The translations under genes were made by a program, and so were the position numbers. Of a DNA stretch of 64,000 nucleotides, positions 47,453 through 58,764 are shown in pieces (position 1 is the first letter of the stretch; every line of letters begins with the position of its first letter). Below the pieces are notes generated by a model. That model did not search any database and was not told where the DNA came from. It saw only the letters and a list, made by a program, of their open reading frames with translations. The stretch is from Lepidodermella squamata (Eukaryota; Animalia; Gastrotricha), in NCBI GenBank assembly GCA_047495785.1, contig JBLDXI010000007.1, positions 2,480,001-2,544,000 on the forward strand, written 5' to 3'.

Positions 47453-49717
47453 TCAAAACCGTTTGCGGGCTATAAGCTGCAATAGTGCGGTCACATTCGA
47501 ATAAAATAAGACGCCGAATGCTAGAATTGATGTCCGCAGCACAACTCGGTCCTGTGGCAACAAAACCATCATAGTTAACACAACGCCCATGAGTGTAAGA
47601 CCGTTAATAGTTGCAATCCTCGTTGCAGTATATTCTCTTTTGCTCCTCAGTGCTTTAAGCTCATACGCGAAAATAGCCCCAACTATGAGAATCGCGATGT
47701 GAACAAGAGACAGTAAAGGTCCCCAGGTTGACAAAAACCTAGAACTGCATACCTGTTGCAAATTTGCAGTGTAAGAATCGATAGCAGGGTTATATTGAAC
47801 TGGGCTACTTCTTGCTACCATTGTCACTGGATCACCAGCTAAAAACCCAGCCATAACAGCCAGATTAAGAACTACAAAAGCTAAGCAATATACAATACTA
47901 CTCATGTTGATCTCCCCCAGTTTAGTTTCCACATGCTGCAGTTGACGCGAGCCAACGGTAGGGGTTCGGCGACGTGCTGCTTTTATAGATCTTGAATGCG
48001 TCCGAAACAAAATGAAACGAGAAGTAATACGCGAAAAGAATGATCCGTTGACAACAGAAATGCCAGTAACGGTTAGAATCACCTGAGATTGGCAAATTGC
48101 ATCTGACAGGGCGCTATTGAAGGTGGCAACTAAACATAGAGCGGCAGCATCCGACAAGATACCCCCAAGCAGCGCGAGAATGCATAAGGTAGCATCGACT
48201 GGCTTGGGCTTCTTCCTCGCCATACGATAAAAGGCAAACATCTTGGAAATGACAGCAATACTAACAAAGGCAACTATAATTCCGAAAACAGCTGTCGGAA
48301 CGCTGTCAAAATTGTAGGAAACATCGAAGAGGTCCTTTGGAATTAAACCATCTGCAGTGAGCCAGACTGGGTCTTTGAGCTTTTCCACATTGTAGCTACT
48401 CAACGCAAAAATCGAACCGGCGCTGCTATTACCAGTAAGAGTAACCCGTAATATGATGCGCATGCCTTCATTGGGGGTCCACTGAGTAAGATACAATGGC
48501 TCGTAATCAAGTTCTAGCCTGGCAGTATACTTGATGCGTCCTATTCTCAACCCGACAAAATCTGAAGCAGCCGCACTTTCATTTACCGCTTTCCAAACCA
48601 AATCAGGCTCATTTGCAAAATCTTTCAAACTTTTGCTCTGAACTTTCAAAATCTTCTCTCCTCCATCTAACGAGAAAATTGTTTGCATCATTGAGTCGAA
48701 ACAACGGTGACGACGAACGTAATCAGCTGATCTAGACTTGTTCGTCAAATTGTCTAGAAGTAGGTCAAAACCACGCGCGTCGTAGCCGAAAGTCGTATTG
48801 CCGTGATCTTCAATCGCGAAGTCAAAAGGTCCACTCCAGAATGTATGCTGAACCTGTTGCGTTATGATTTCACGAGTGCAGTTGCCTGGTAGTTTAAGAT
48901 CGCTCGCTGACGGATCGACGAAACTCGCAGATGTGATGAAAAATATAAATAACGGAGGTCTTACCCCGGCATGCCACGCGAGGCATAAAAATTGTGTGCT
49001 CTGCGTCACCGAACCAGTATTCACAGTGATCACTCTTGCGTCACTTCTTCGCATTTCCCACATCATTCCGTCACTGACAGCGTCAGAGCTTACTCGGATT
49101 ATGAGGCGCTTCCCGTACAGCTTCAAATTATCGCCGAGATAATCGTTGGCGAAGTTGTCAGATGACGAGGAAAACCCAGCGGTTCCATACTGTCGCCACC
49201 GACTCGTCATCGCTATGAAAGCAGTCTGTGGCATATTTTGAACGTCCGATGGGATGCGATTTCGGTACAAATGTGGGTAAACCGTTCGAAGTGCAGTGAA
49301 TTGAGGACCGCTGCAGCCCGGCGTAAACTGAATCTGCTTCATGAATCGAGAAATTCCAGTGACCGTGTTGCAGGTCAGGGCTGTAGCAACGATGGCAGGG
49401 GCGAGAAAGGTTCGTTTCTTAGGATCTCTTGAAATTGTGACTTCCGCATCCCGCAAGAAATTTACATACGACCTCGGAGCCAGTGAAGCCTGACTGCCTT
49501 CGTCGCGGAAGTCAGTTACCAGTTCGTAGTCGGGTAGCAGGTCTTTTCTTGAGTTTGCAGTATTCACAGCTACTTGCATCGCGGCTTGGCACACCCGGCC
49601 ATCTCGAGGCTCAGAGCCAGTGTAAGTCGCTGAAGCGTAGACAAGAAGCTTGTAAGGCTTCTGTGCAGATGTTCCTCCAGCAAGAAGCAGCAGGAATATA
49701 ACATTCTTCATCAGCAT
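47453..49717 (-). CDS. GABA-B-like class C GPCR-4, intronless 754 aa (chimeric)
   Basis: VFT nearly identical to GPCR-1; 7TM nearly identical to GPCR-5. Confidence 0.9.
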   Translation of the reverse strand: MLMKNVIFLLLLAGGTSAQKPYKLLVYASATYTGSEPRDGRVCQAAMQVAVNTANSRKDLLPDYELVTDFRDEGSQASLAPRSYVNFLRDAEVTISRDPKKRTFLAPAIVATALTCNTVTGISRFMKQIQFTPGCSGPQFTALRTVYPHLYRNRIPSDVQNMPQTAFIAMTSRWRQYGTAGFSSSSDNFANDYLGDNLKLYGKRLIIRVSSDAVSDGMMWEMRRSDARVITVNTGSVTQSTQFLCLAWHAGVRPPLFIFFITSASFVDPSASDLKLPGNCTREIITQQVQHTFWSGPFDFAIEDHGNTTFGYDARGFDLLLDNLTNKSRSADYVRRHRCFDSMMQTIFSLDGGEKILKVQSKSLKDFANEPDLVWKAVNESAAASDFVGLRIGRIKYTARLELDYEPLYLTQWTPNEGMRIILRVTLTGNSSAGSIFALSSYNVEKLKDPVWLTADGLIPKDLFDVSYNFDSVPTAVFGIIVAFVSIAVISKMFAFYRMARKKPKPVDATLCILALLGGILSDAAALCLVATFNSALSDAICQSQVILTVTGISVVNGSFFSRITSRFILFRTHSRSIKAARRRTPTVGSRQLQHVETKLGEINMSSIVYCLAFVVLNLAVMAGFLAGDPVTMVARSSPVQYNPAIDSYTANLQQVCSSRFLSTWGPLLSLVHIAILIVGAIFAYELKALRSKREYTATRIATINGLTLMGVVLTMMVLLPQDRVVLRTSILAFGVLFYSNVTALLQLIARKRF

Positions 49718-50288
49718 TTTTTCTGAAATAAGCGTACTTAGAACTATGAAATAATAAACTATTTATTTCATGGGTAAATCTATCCTTGGTGTGTGGCTAA
49801 AAAATGAGGGTGACCCACTAGATTTAGAAAGTTACTCTTATTGGCATAGAATCTAGACAGGATGATTCGGGGGATTTGGTTTAACTTCCAAAAATATTGC
49901 GCTCGCGAACGCTGCCCGTTCGCTCGCATGTATCTTCAAATGTACAAGTTCCTTTGCATTTGTTTATGCCCTGCATCGTCTTCCGTTGCTTTCAGAATTT
50001 TGCCATTTATATTTACCTGATTTTTTAGCTCAATTTGGAGCTAACGCTTTTCTCTGTCGTGATTTTCATTCAATCGTATAAAAAACATACTGAAAATAGC
50101 ATGGCCTTGAAATTTTCTTTCGGCCATTTAACGTCATAAACTACCATGGGACAGTCAATTTGTAAGGCCGTAGAGCGCGCCCCGTCCTTTTCGATTTCGT
50201 TACTTCTCTGCCTATCATTACAATGCGCCATATCAGAAATCTGACTGATCACTTGTCTGAGCTGTCCTTTTCTGGGTGTTATGGCTCG

Positions 50289-51148
50289 ACAGGAAAAAAA
50301 AAGGCATGAATTCAGGCTTTTTGCTAACATTAGCGAGCTCATACGCGATACTTGTAATTCGGGCCCTATGCGTATCCTTATTCATGCCTTTTTAGAAAAG
50401 GCATTAACCGCATGAACGTTTTTTACAGCCCCTGAATTCATGGGTTTTTAGTTTTTAGGATGTGTGAATATTTAAATGAGGGAAAAAATAGAGAGCAGAA
50501 AAAATGACGCATTGGCGGGGACTCGAACCCTAGTCTCTAGAGTTACAGGCGAGGATTCTTACCACTTTACTACCAATGCTTAGATGAAAACTAATGCTCA
50601 CATCGCCTAATCATCACCTTTTTCTGTTGGACTTGTGCTTTTTCAAATGAAGAATTTTCAGCGCCGAAACACTGGCATTTGGGCCGATGCGCCGCAGCTT
50701 TTTTAGCACAGAAATGCTCAATTCCAATCTATACTGTAACCAAGATGCAATCTGGGTTATTTACGATCACTCGAATTGAAATAATTGATATCCTATTGAT
50801 CATCGTGGAGAGTTTTCTGCTTTCTAAAGCTAAGAGATATAAAACTTGATTGAAATTGGGTGGATACCTCGTCTTGATGCTTATTGTAGCCCGTAAAGTT
50901 CAGTAACTGAAGAATAAATATCAATGCAGTGTGTTATTTCAATTCAATTTAATTGAAATATAATGCGCTTTGAAAAGCATGAAAATCAAGCACATGATTT
51001 ACAAGCTTTCATAAAAAAGCGTGAATTCGGGTCGCAAAAGTCCCTGTATTTCATGCCCCCAAGTTAGGGCTCGATTTTTTTCCCCGAATTCATGTCGCGT
51101 GCTGAGATTCATGCCTTTGAAAACGGAATTCATGCCTTTTTTTTCTGT
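50289..51148. mobile_element. Non-autonomous TIR element carrying a tRNA-derived sequence
   Basis: ACAGGAAAAAAAAAGGCATGAATTC / GAATTCATGCCTTTTTTTTCTGT with subterminal GAATTCATG repeats; no clear TSD. Confidence 0.65.
50508..50579 (-). pseudogene. tRNA-Gly-derived pseudogene
   Basis: GCATTGG/CCAATGC acceptor stem as in eukaryotic tRNA-Gly, A box (AGTGGTA) and B box (GGTTCGAGTCC); anticodon stem unpaired and loop reads GTA. Confidence 0.7.
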
Positions 51149-53182
51149 GTCCTCAAAGAATTAAATAAGGTGGGGCGAATTGCGATCTCAAGGATTTCAA
51201 ATTGTTGGGGAACTTTTTATGATGCAGTTTTAAAACTTAGCTGAATGCAAAATTTGCGTTAGATTGTGAAACATTATCCCCACATCATAGAAATCACTAA
51301 GTAACTAAGTGATTCTGCGGATATCAAGAAATCAAGATTTTGATTTCGGCAGTATTAGATAAGCGTGACGTTATTACTAGTGACGGCAAAGTCGACGAAG
51401 AATTGAACTATGGGATTTTGAATTTTGAAAGCGATTAATAGTAGGAGTCCACTTAATGGACTACATTCCTAACATAGACAAAAGACTAGTAGTTGTAATA
51501 TGCGGAGGCCTAATTGAAGTTGTTGAAAAACAGCGGTTAAGGTACTTCGGATTAATTAACACAGTTATACTTGGACGACTCCGTTGGGATGGTTTGCCCT
51601 TAAAGGACGAAACTAGATGGATCCACGGAGTGCATAGAAATTTGATTAAAATATGACTGATTGAGAAATTGCGCCGGTAAAGAAAACTAGCACTAAGAAT
51701 AAGGCCATAACGCGTAAGAAAGAAAAGAACACGGAAAAACCCGGCGATAGGATGTTTGGAATTAAAATTATACCCGATTTTCAACTTATTAAAGATTTTC
51801 AGCTAGCTGAACATTTCGAAAAAGATGAATGGCGCATGATTGGAATCAATGCATTTTTCGGATAAGCAATATCTTCAACTGTGGGGGTTGGTAAGGATTT
51901 CTCTTAGCCTGCTGTCGTCCTCAAAACCGGAAAAGGTAAACGCTGTGACGCTGCAGCAAAGGATAGGCTAAAATAAAAGTATTATTATTATTATTATTAA
52001 ATAGGCATGAGTGTCGTCCAGTATCTTACTGTTGTTAACGCTGCGAGAATAGTATGCTAAAAGTTGCACGCATTTTGTGGGGAGATCCGGATTGAAGAAA
52101 GCCGCCTCCAATTAAGGCTCAAGTTTCCAGCGCGAGTTTCTTGTTGTTCCGTTTTGTTCTCTTTTTTCTTTTTTTTACCCTCTATGCTTCTTGGAGATCA
52201 AATTAAGGAAACGCGCGAGACAATCCGGTTCGGGTGCAAAGTGCGTGCGCAAGGTGTCAAATCGTAGCTGATTCATCAGGCTGTAATCGAACAGTCGAAA
52301 ACACTTCAAACAGATATCGCGGGGTGAGCGACAGAACGACCTCAACGACCTGACTATAATAGAAACAAATGGCGTAATACTTTTGATGCATAGAAAAACT
52401 GGCTATCACTTTTTCCGGCACGCGACTGACTTGGCGGAGATGCAAAAATAGTTTTCCGCCATTTGTTTCTATTTTAGTCAGGTCGCTCTGTCGCCCACCC
52501 CGCGATATGGGCAAAAATCACACGATATGAATGAATGGAACTGAATAAGCTGAAAAAAGGCAGAAACAGGCCACTTTCCAGGGCATCCCCGAGGTTTTCC
52601 GTATTTTAAGGTGGATGGGAGGATGTTGGAGGTCTGATATTTGAGTATACAAAATCCTCAAGAAAAACTGAATAGAGACATCTAGGAATCCAAGAATCGC
52701 CCCTCTTCAAGTCAACACGCGTTTTCCGATTTGCTGGAAAATACAAAAAATGCTGCAAACCCCATTTTTTCACTTATTTTTGGTCAAATAAAACTGACGA
52801 TCTTGTTCGCTAAAGTAGCAGTATTTTGTTGTAATAACTGCGTAAAAACTGTCGTATTGATTCATTCATTATTGTATTTTTTCTCATCGAGGCACGCGGA
52901 TATCATCTCAATGACTCTTATACGGAAATTAGTTTAGCAACGTTCATCGAGGCACTGTTGGCACATACAGAAAAAGCCACCACCACAGCCACGGTGGCTT
53001 GGGTTCAATTCCCGCGTGTGCCTGTTTATTGTTTCATCCCAAAATTCTCCTAAAAACATTGATTTACTGCAAATACGAAAACATTCGAGTTTGTGAACGT
53101 TTAAAAATGAAATACTAATAAGAAATAAAGCCTTGTGAATTTGTTTTGCCTTATGCGCAACGAAATGACTGTTTTTGCACAC

Positions 53183-54209
53183 CCCTTCGCCATGTTATTA
53201 CTTCAAATAATATGCGAAAAGATATGCGAAAGTATACAGCGCTCTTCATGTTCCTATACACATCGAACAAACTTGCGAGCAGGATATGTTTTGTTGCAGC
53301 ATTCATAAGCGATTGGAGGATATGATTGCGGCATGCGCTGCAGGAGTCTAAAGAGGGCTAACAACCTCCGCAGAGTCTCTTCCTAATGTGACGTTCGACG
53401 GAATCAAATGAGGGATCTGCGACATCTTGCTCATCCTCGACTCGAAATGAAGAAATTCTTCATGTCTGAGGCGAGGCGCGGAGAGTCCTGAGATAGTTAG
53501 CACTTGAAATTCGGCATTCACGAAAAGAAATGTAACATCGGCAATGATTGAGGATGAGATATATGATATATCAGCAGATCTGGAGCTCTCAGTGATGCTT
53601 GACAGAAGGGTTGACGGAGGAGAGGCATCCGCTTCAAATATAATGATTCTCAACTTTCATGTTTTCATCCTCCGGACCACTTCCAAGAATTCAAATTAGA
53701 AATGTCGCAAACAAATAATGGTAAAAGCATCCTATACTGGCATTGCCATTTGCTGGCATTGCGTCAGGGTGCATTCTCTTAAGGGACATTCAGCCCCGAA
53801 CAGTCTAAATTGACTAATTAATCAATATAACGAGTAGTATCAATGGTAATTTTCACGCCCATGCCATTGGGGCCATTTGATTGCTAAATGCCTAGCGTTT
53901 CGTTCTGATTTTACCAAATTTTACAGTTTCTCAGTCCTAGTGGACATCCCATTGCCAACAGGTAATTTTTCAGAGATTTTTATCTTCCGACTACCAAGTA
54001 GAAGCATGATAATTTGGCTCGCCATATTGCTCGTGTTGCTCGTTTCCTCCGTTAGCAGTGAGGCCTCAAATGGCACAGAAGAGCTTACATCACCGGAAAT
54101 GACGTCGCTGATCATTTCAACATGCAATCTATGGCCTACCTCAAACAAACCCTCGAGAACGCCAGTAACTAAAAACCTCTTCCTGCAGGCTGAACGATTT
54201 CTATCGATA
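53183..54209. repeat. Segmental duplicate of ~35865-36860 (GPCR-2 5' stub + intergenic + LGIC-4 5' end)
   Basis: Colinear similarity, e.g. TCTTCATGTTCCTATACA, GCGATTGGAGGATATGATTGC, GACGGAGGAGAGGCATCCGCTTCAAA, TTGACTAATTAATCAATATAACGAGTA. Confidence 0.9.
54006..54209 (+). pseudogene. Truncated LGIC-5 (first ~68 codons of an LGIC-4 copy)
   Basis: MIIWLAILL...QAERFLSI near-identical to LGIC-4, then abrupt junction to GPCR 3' flank homologous to 47263-47450. Confidence 0.85.
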
Positions 54210-54391
54210 ACAGCTAAAAATTGCATCTATCCGTAGCAGCTGCAGAATCCAACATAGCACCCTGAATGGACAAGCCTACAAGCTATTGAAGTCACAAGCA
54301 CATAACGGAATGCATAAATTGACAATTTATTTTATATGGTCTCACATGGCCGGGGTTCTCCTGTGTTGTTTTAAAAAAACCTCAGCTTTGT

Positions 54392-56653
54392 TCAAAACCG
54401 TTTGCGGGCTATAAGCTGCAATAATGCGGTCACATTTGAATAAAATAAGACGCCGAATGCTAGAATTGATGTCCGCAGCACAACTCGGTCCTGTGGCAAC
54501 AAAACCATCATACTTAAAACAACGCCCATGAGTGTAAGACCGTTAATAGTTGCAATTCTCGTTGCAGTATATTCTCTTCTTCTCCTCAGTGCTTTAAGCT
54601 CATACGCGAAAATAGCTCCAACTATGAGAATCGCGATGTGAACAAGGGAAAGTAAAGGTCCCCAGAGTGACAGAAACCGAGAACTGCATACCTGTTGCAA
54701 ATTTGCAGTGTAGGAATCGATGATTGGATTATATTGAACTGGGCTACCTCTTGGTACCATCGCCACAGGATCACCGACTAAAAACCCAGCCATAACAGCC
54801 AGATTAAGAACAACGAAAGCTATGCAATATACAATACTACTCATGTTGATCTCCCCCAGTTTAGTTTTCATATGCAGTTGACGCGAGCCAACCGTAGGGG
54901 TTCGGCGACGTGCTGCTATTATTGATCTGGAATGCGTCCGAAACAAAATGAAACGAGAAGTGATACGCGAAAAGAATGATCCGTTGACAACAGAAATGCC
55001 GGTAACGGTTAGAATCACCTGAGATTGGCAAATTGCATCTGACAGGGCGCTATTGAAGGTGGCAACTAAACATAGAGCGGCAGCATCCGACAAGATACCC
55101 CCAAGCAGCGCGAGAATGCATAAGGTAGCATCGACTGGCTTGGGCTTCTTCTTCACCATACGATAAAAGGCAAACATCTTAGAGACGACAGTAATACTAA
55201 TAAAGGCAACTAAAATTCCGAAAACAGCTGTTGGAACGCTATCATAAGTGTAAGATACCTCGGAGAGATCTTTCGGGGCTAAACCGTCTGCAGTGAGCCA
55301 TATTGGTTCTTTCAAGTTTTCGACGTGGTAGCTACTCAACAGGAGAATCGAACTTGCACTGTTACCAGCGAAAGTTACGCGGAATATGATTCGCATGCCT
55401 TCTTTTGGGGTCCATTGAGTGAGGTATAAGGGCTCGTAATCAAGTTCTAGCCTGGGCGTATACTTGATACGCCCTATCCTCAGTCCGACAAAATCGGACG
55501 CAGCTGCACTCTCGTTCACGGCCTTCCAAACCAAATCGGGCTCATTAGCAAAATCCTTCAAAGTTCTGTTCCCAGTTTTTAAAATCTGTTCTCCTCCGTC
55601 CAATGAAAGAACAGCCTGCAGCATCGAGTCGAAACACCTGTGGCGCCGAACGTAATCCGCTGATCTAGAGTTGTTCGTCAAATTATCAAGAAGAATATCA
55701 AATCCTCGTTGGTTATAGCCGAAACTTGTATTGCCGTGATCTTCGATGGCAAAATCGAAAGGGCCACTCCAAAATGTGTGTTGAACTTGTTCGCTTAGGA
55801 TTTGCCTCGTGCAGTTACCAGGGAGCTTCAGATCGCCAGCTGTTGGATCGACGAAGCTCGCAGATACTGCCAGAAAGACGAATAACGGGGGCCTTACCCC
55901 AGCATGCCATGCCAGGCATAAAAATTGTGTGCTCTGCGCCACCGAACCGGTATTAACAGCAATTACTCTGGCGTCACTTCTTCGAATTTCCCACATCATT
56001 CCATCATTCACGGCGTCCGAGCTGATTGCAAAAACCAATCGTTTTCCAAATTCCGGGGCATTCCGAGATAATACATCCTTAGCAAAGTTGTCAGATGATG
56101 CTGCAAATCCCGCGACGCCGTACTGCTGCCATCGAGTTGTCAGCGCTATGAAAGCAATCTGAGGGATAGCCTGAGTGTCCGATGGAATGCGGTTTCTGTA
56201 CAAGTGCGGGTAAACTGTTCGAAGGGCCGTAAATTGAGGGCCACTACAACCTGGCGTAAATTGTATTTGCTTCATGAATCGTGAAATTCCAGTGATGGTG
56301 TTGCAGATCTGGGCTGTTCCCACGATGACCGGGGCAAGAAAGGTTTGTTTCTTCGGGTCCTTTGAAATTGCTACTTCAGCATCGCGTAAGAAATTGACGT
56401 ACGTCCTTGGGGCGAGTGATGCCTGACTGCCTTCGTCTCGAAAGTCAGTCACTAGTTCGTAGTCGGGTAGCAGATCTTTCCTGGAGTTTGCGGTGTTCAC
56501 TGCAACTTGCATCGCAGCTTGACAAACACGGCCATCTCGAGGTTCGTAGCCAGTGTAAGTCGCAGCAGCGTAGATAAGAAGCTTGTAAGGCTTCTCAGCA
56601 GATGTTCCTTCAGCTAGAAATAGCAGCACCGATAGGACATTCTTCATCGTCAT
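54392..56653 (-). CDS. GABA-B-like class C GPCR-5, intronless (~753 aa)
   Basis: VFT + 7TM; start placed at MTMKNV (56653) by homology with paralog signal peptides. Confidence 0.88.
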   Translation of the reverse strand: MTMKNVLSVLLFLAEGTSAEKPYKLLIYAAATYTGYEPRDGRVCQAAMQVAVNTANSRKDLLPDYELVTDFRDEGSQASLAPRTYVNFLRDAEVAISKDPKKQTFLAPVIVGTAQICNTITGISRFMKQIQFTPGCSGPQFTALRTVYPHLYRNRIPSDTQAIPQIAFIALTTRWQQYGVAGFAASSDNFAKDVLSRNAPEFGKRLVFAISSDAVNDGMMWEIRRSDARVIAVNTGSVAQSTQFLCLAWHAGVRPPLFVFLAVSASFVDPTAGDLKLPGNCTRQILSEQVQHTFWSGPFDFAIEDHGNTSFGYNQRGFDILLDNLTNNSRSADYVRRHRCFDSMLQAVLSLDGGEQILKTGNRTLKDFANEPDLVWKAVNESAAASDFVGLRIGRIKYTPRLELDYEPLYLTQWTPKEGMRIIFRVTFAGNSASSILLLSSYHVENLKEPIWLTADGLAPKDLSEVSYTYDSVPTAVFGILVAFISITVVSKMFAFYRMVKKKPKPVDATLCILALLGGILSDAAALCLVATFNSALSDAICQSQVILTVTGISVVNGSFFSRITSRFILFRTHSRSIIAARRRTPTVGSRQLHMKTKLGEINMSSIVYCIAFVVLNLAVMAGFLVGDPVAMVPRGSPVQYNPIIDSYTANLQQVCSSRFLSLWGPLLSLVHIAILIVGAIFAYELKALRRRREYTATRIATINGLTLMGVVLSMMVLLPQDRVVLRTSILAFGVLFYSNVTALLQLIARKRF

Positions 56654-58669
56654 TTTTCTCAAAACGGTCGCCCTAAGAACTATCAAGAAACGAATTATTT
56701 TGAAAACCATCTAGCCTAGGTAAATTCAGATTTGATACTATAGCAAAATCCTCTTTTCTTGGCGTAAGGCAAGTAATGTGGGTATATATTATCATTTCTG
56801 TACGCTCCCATTTAGAAAATGACCCCGTGTGGTTAAGGCCACACAATATGGCTCGCAATGTGGGACAGTGGGGCATTTGGGACATATGGGGGAGCAAGCG
56901 GTCCAACCTCACCGGCGGCGAAGAGGCACTGGTTCTTCTACGCATTGAATGCGGCGTATCTGGGACCGTAAATCAAGCCTACAGGAAGACGTGTCGCCGT
57001 CAACGGAGCCAATGACACAATCCTCGGGTGCGTACCTGCTGGGTAACACTGCGAAGCAAATCCACCCGTGACCGCGGTTTCCTCCATACGCCATTCACCG
57101 GCAATCAAGATATAGCTACTCACAAAAAATATGCTACAAAGCGTGGAGCCATGGTTCGACCATCAATCATGAGAATAGTTGACTCATACGCCTTAAGATG
57201 ATATCTGATACCAAATGCTAAAAGTCGAAAGGCTTACGAAACCCGGCCTACAATGATGAGTAAGTTACGGTTTATTGAGTGAATCGCGTTTCGCCGAGGC
57301 AGGTATCAACCGTGCACCTCGCGCGGAACTCAAGTTTGACGGGCGTGCACCTGTTACAGGACGCTGATTGCGAGGGAGGTGTCGAATAACTGTGAGAAAT
57401 TCAGACAGCGTATTAAATTGAAAAAATCGAATGCTGTTTTGCAGGTTCGGGAAAATGTGAAGGAGGCGACGCCAACGTGTGCGGCGCGTTAAACTACGCG
57501 GGAAGTCTATTTGTTGCTACATCACCACGGGCACGGTCCTTTCGTTTGGGCACGGCAACTTTTACGATCACTTGGTCCGGTTTTTATGCATTTTAGCAAA
57601 AATGGTTCATTGTTCATTTTATACTTTCTAATTGTTCTACGCTAACAGAAGAACAAGATTTGTGCGAGACATCCAAAATAGTAAAGATAGAAGGTTTTCG
57701 GGAAAGAAGGTGTAAAGCGATTTAATTTTTAGGGAAAACGGAAAAAACATGGTTAGATAGATATTCAACGAGGATCAGAAAACTATCCACTCAATCCGAT
57801 CGCCTTGAATGGATCTGACGTTTAGGCAAATAACACATTTTCCGGAAGCAGTCCGGGAAGCTTTTAAAACTTGAATAGAGCGAACAAAGTTAGATTGTGA
57901 AACCTTATCTCCACCTTCACATCGTGAAAATGGACATCGCAACGACAGCATAAAATGCGTTTGAGGATATAAATACGAATGTTGGGCTCGACAATATTGA
58001 ATAAGCTTGAGTGTCTAGCCCTTCCTTGTTTGTCCACGGTACGAAAAAGTGCGGTAAAAATCACGCGAATTTCGTGAGGAGATCCGGCTAGAAGCAACCC
58101 GCTTTGAATTAATGGTTCAGGTTTCCAGCACGAGTTTCCTCTCTTGTTCTTCAGTTTTCTATGCTTCTACGAGATCAAATTAAGAAAGTTGTAGCCCACT
58201 CAACTGTCAAAAAATCACATGAATCATACTAAGCAATATTATAAACAATATTATAGAACACTGTTTTTAGTTGAATTATTTGATTAATTAATTAATTGAC
58301 ATGTTGTATGGCACCTGTAAATTAGTCTTTTAGGTCACTTCAATTTTTACGGCATGTGGGTCGTCTTTCTCCTGGACATTTCGCCTGTTGGGGCCCGAGC
58401 CCGACTTCGGCACGTACGCGTTCTGGCCGGTCCGTATGCGTCGGGTAACAGTACTTTACCACACCGCGCTCGGGCCGGTCTATAACGTGCCCTCGTGTGA
58501 CGTTCACTGCAAATTTAACGAATTTCATCGAATTCCGCTGCATTGCACACGGGCCGGACGAGGTGTTGGCCCGAGCACAGCGCAGAACAATGGAAACCAG
58601 CGCTATTGTTAGGCGCTCAAGCACGCCTTACTCGGGCCCCCGGGTTTGGGCCGGGACTTGATACAGTTA

Positions 58670-58764
58670 CCGTAAATTCCGAAATACAAGCCCAGGCGGC
58701 ACTCTTTGTCGGCACTTTGATGTTCTTTGTAATGCCGCCTGGGCTTGTATTTGAATATTTACGG
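58670..58764. mobile_element. 95-bp pogo-type mini-MITE
   Basis: TA-CCGTAAATTCCGAAATACAAGCCCAGGCGGCA ... TGCCGCCTGGGCTTGTATTTGAATATTTACGG-TA. Confidence 0.8.

Noticed and set aside
50508-50579. Functional tRNA-Tyr(GTA)
   Set aside because: Body is tRNA-Gly-like, and the anticodon and T stems are mispaired
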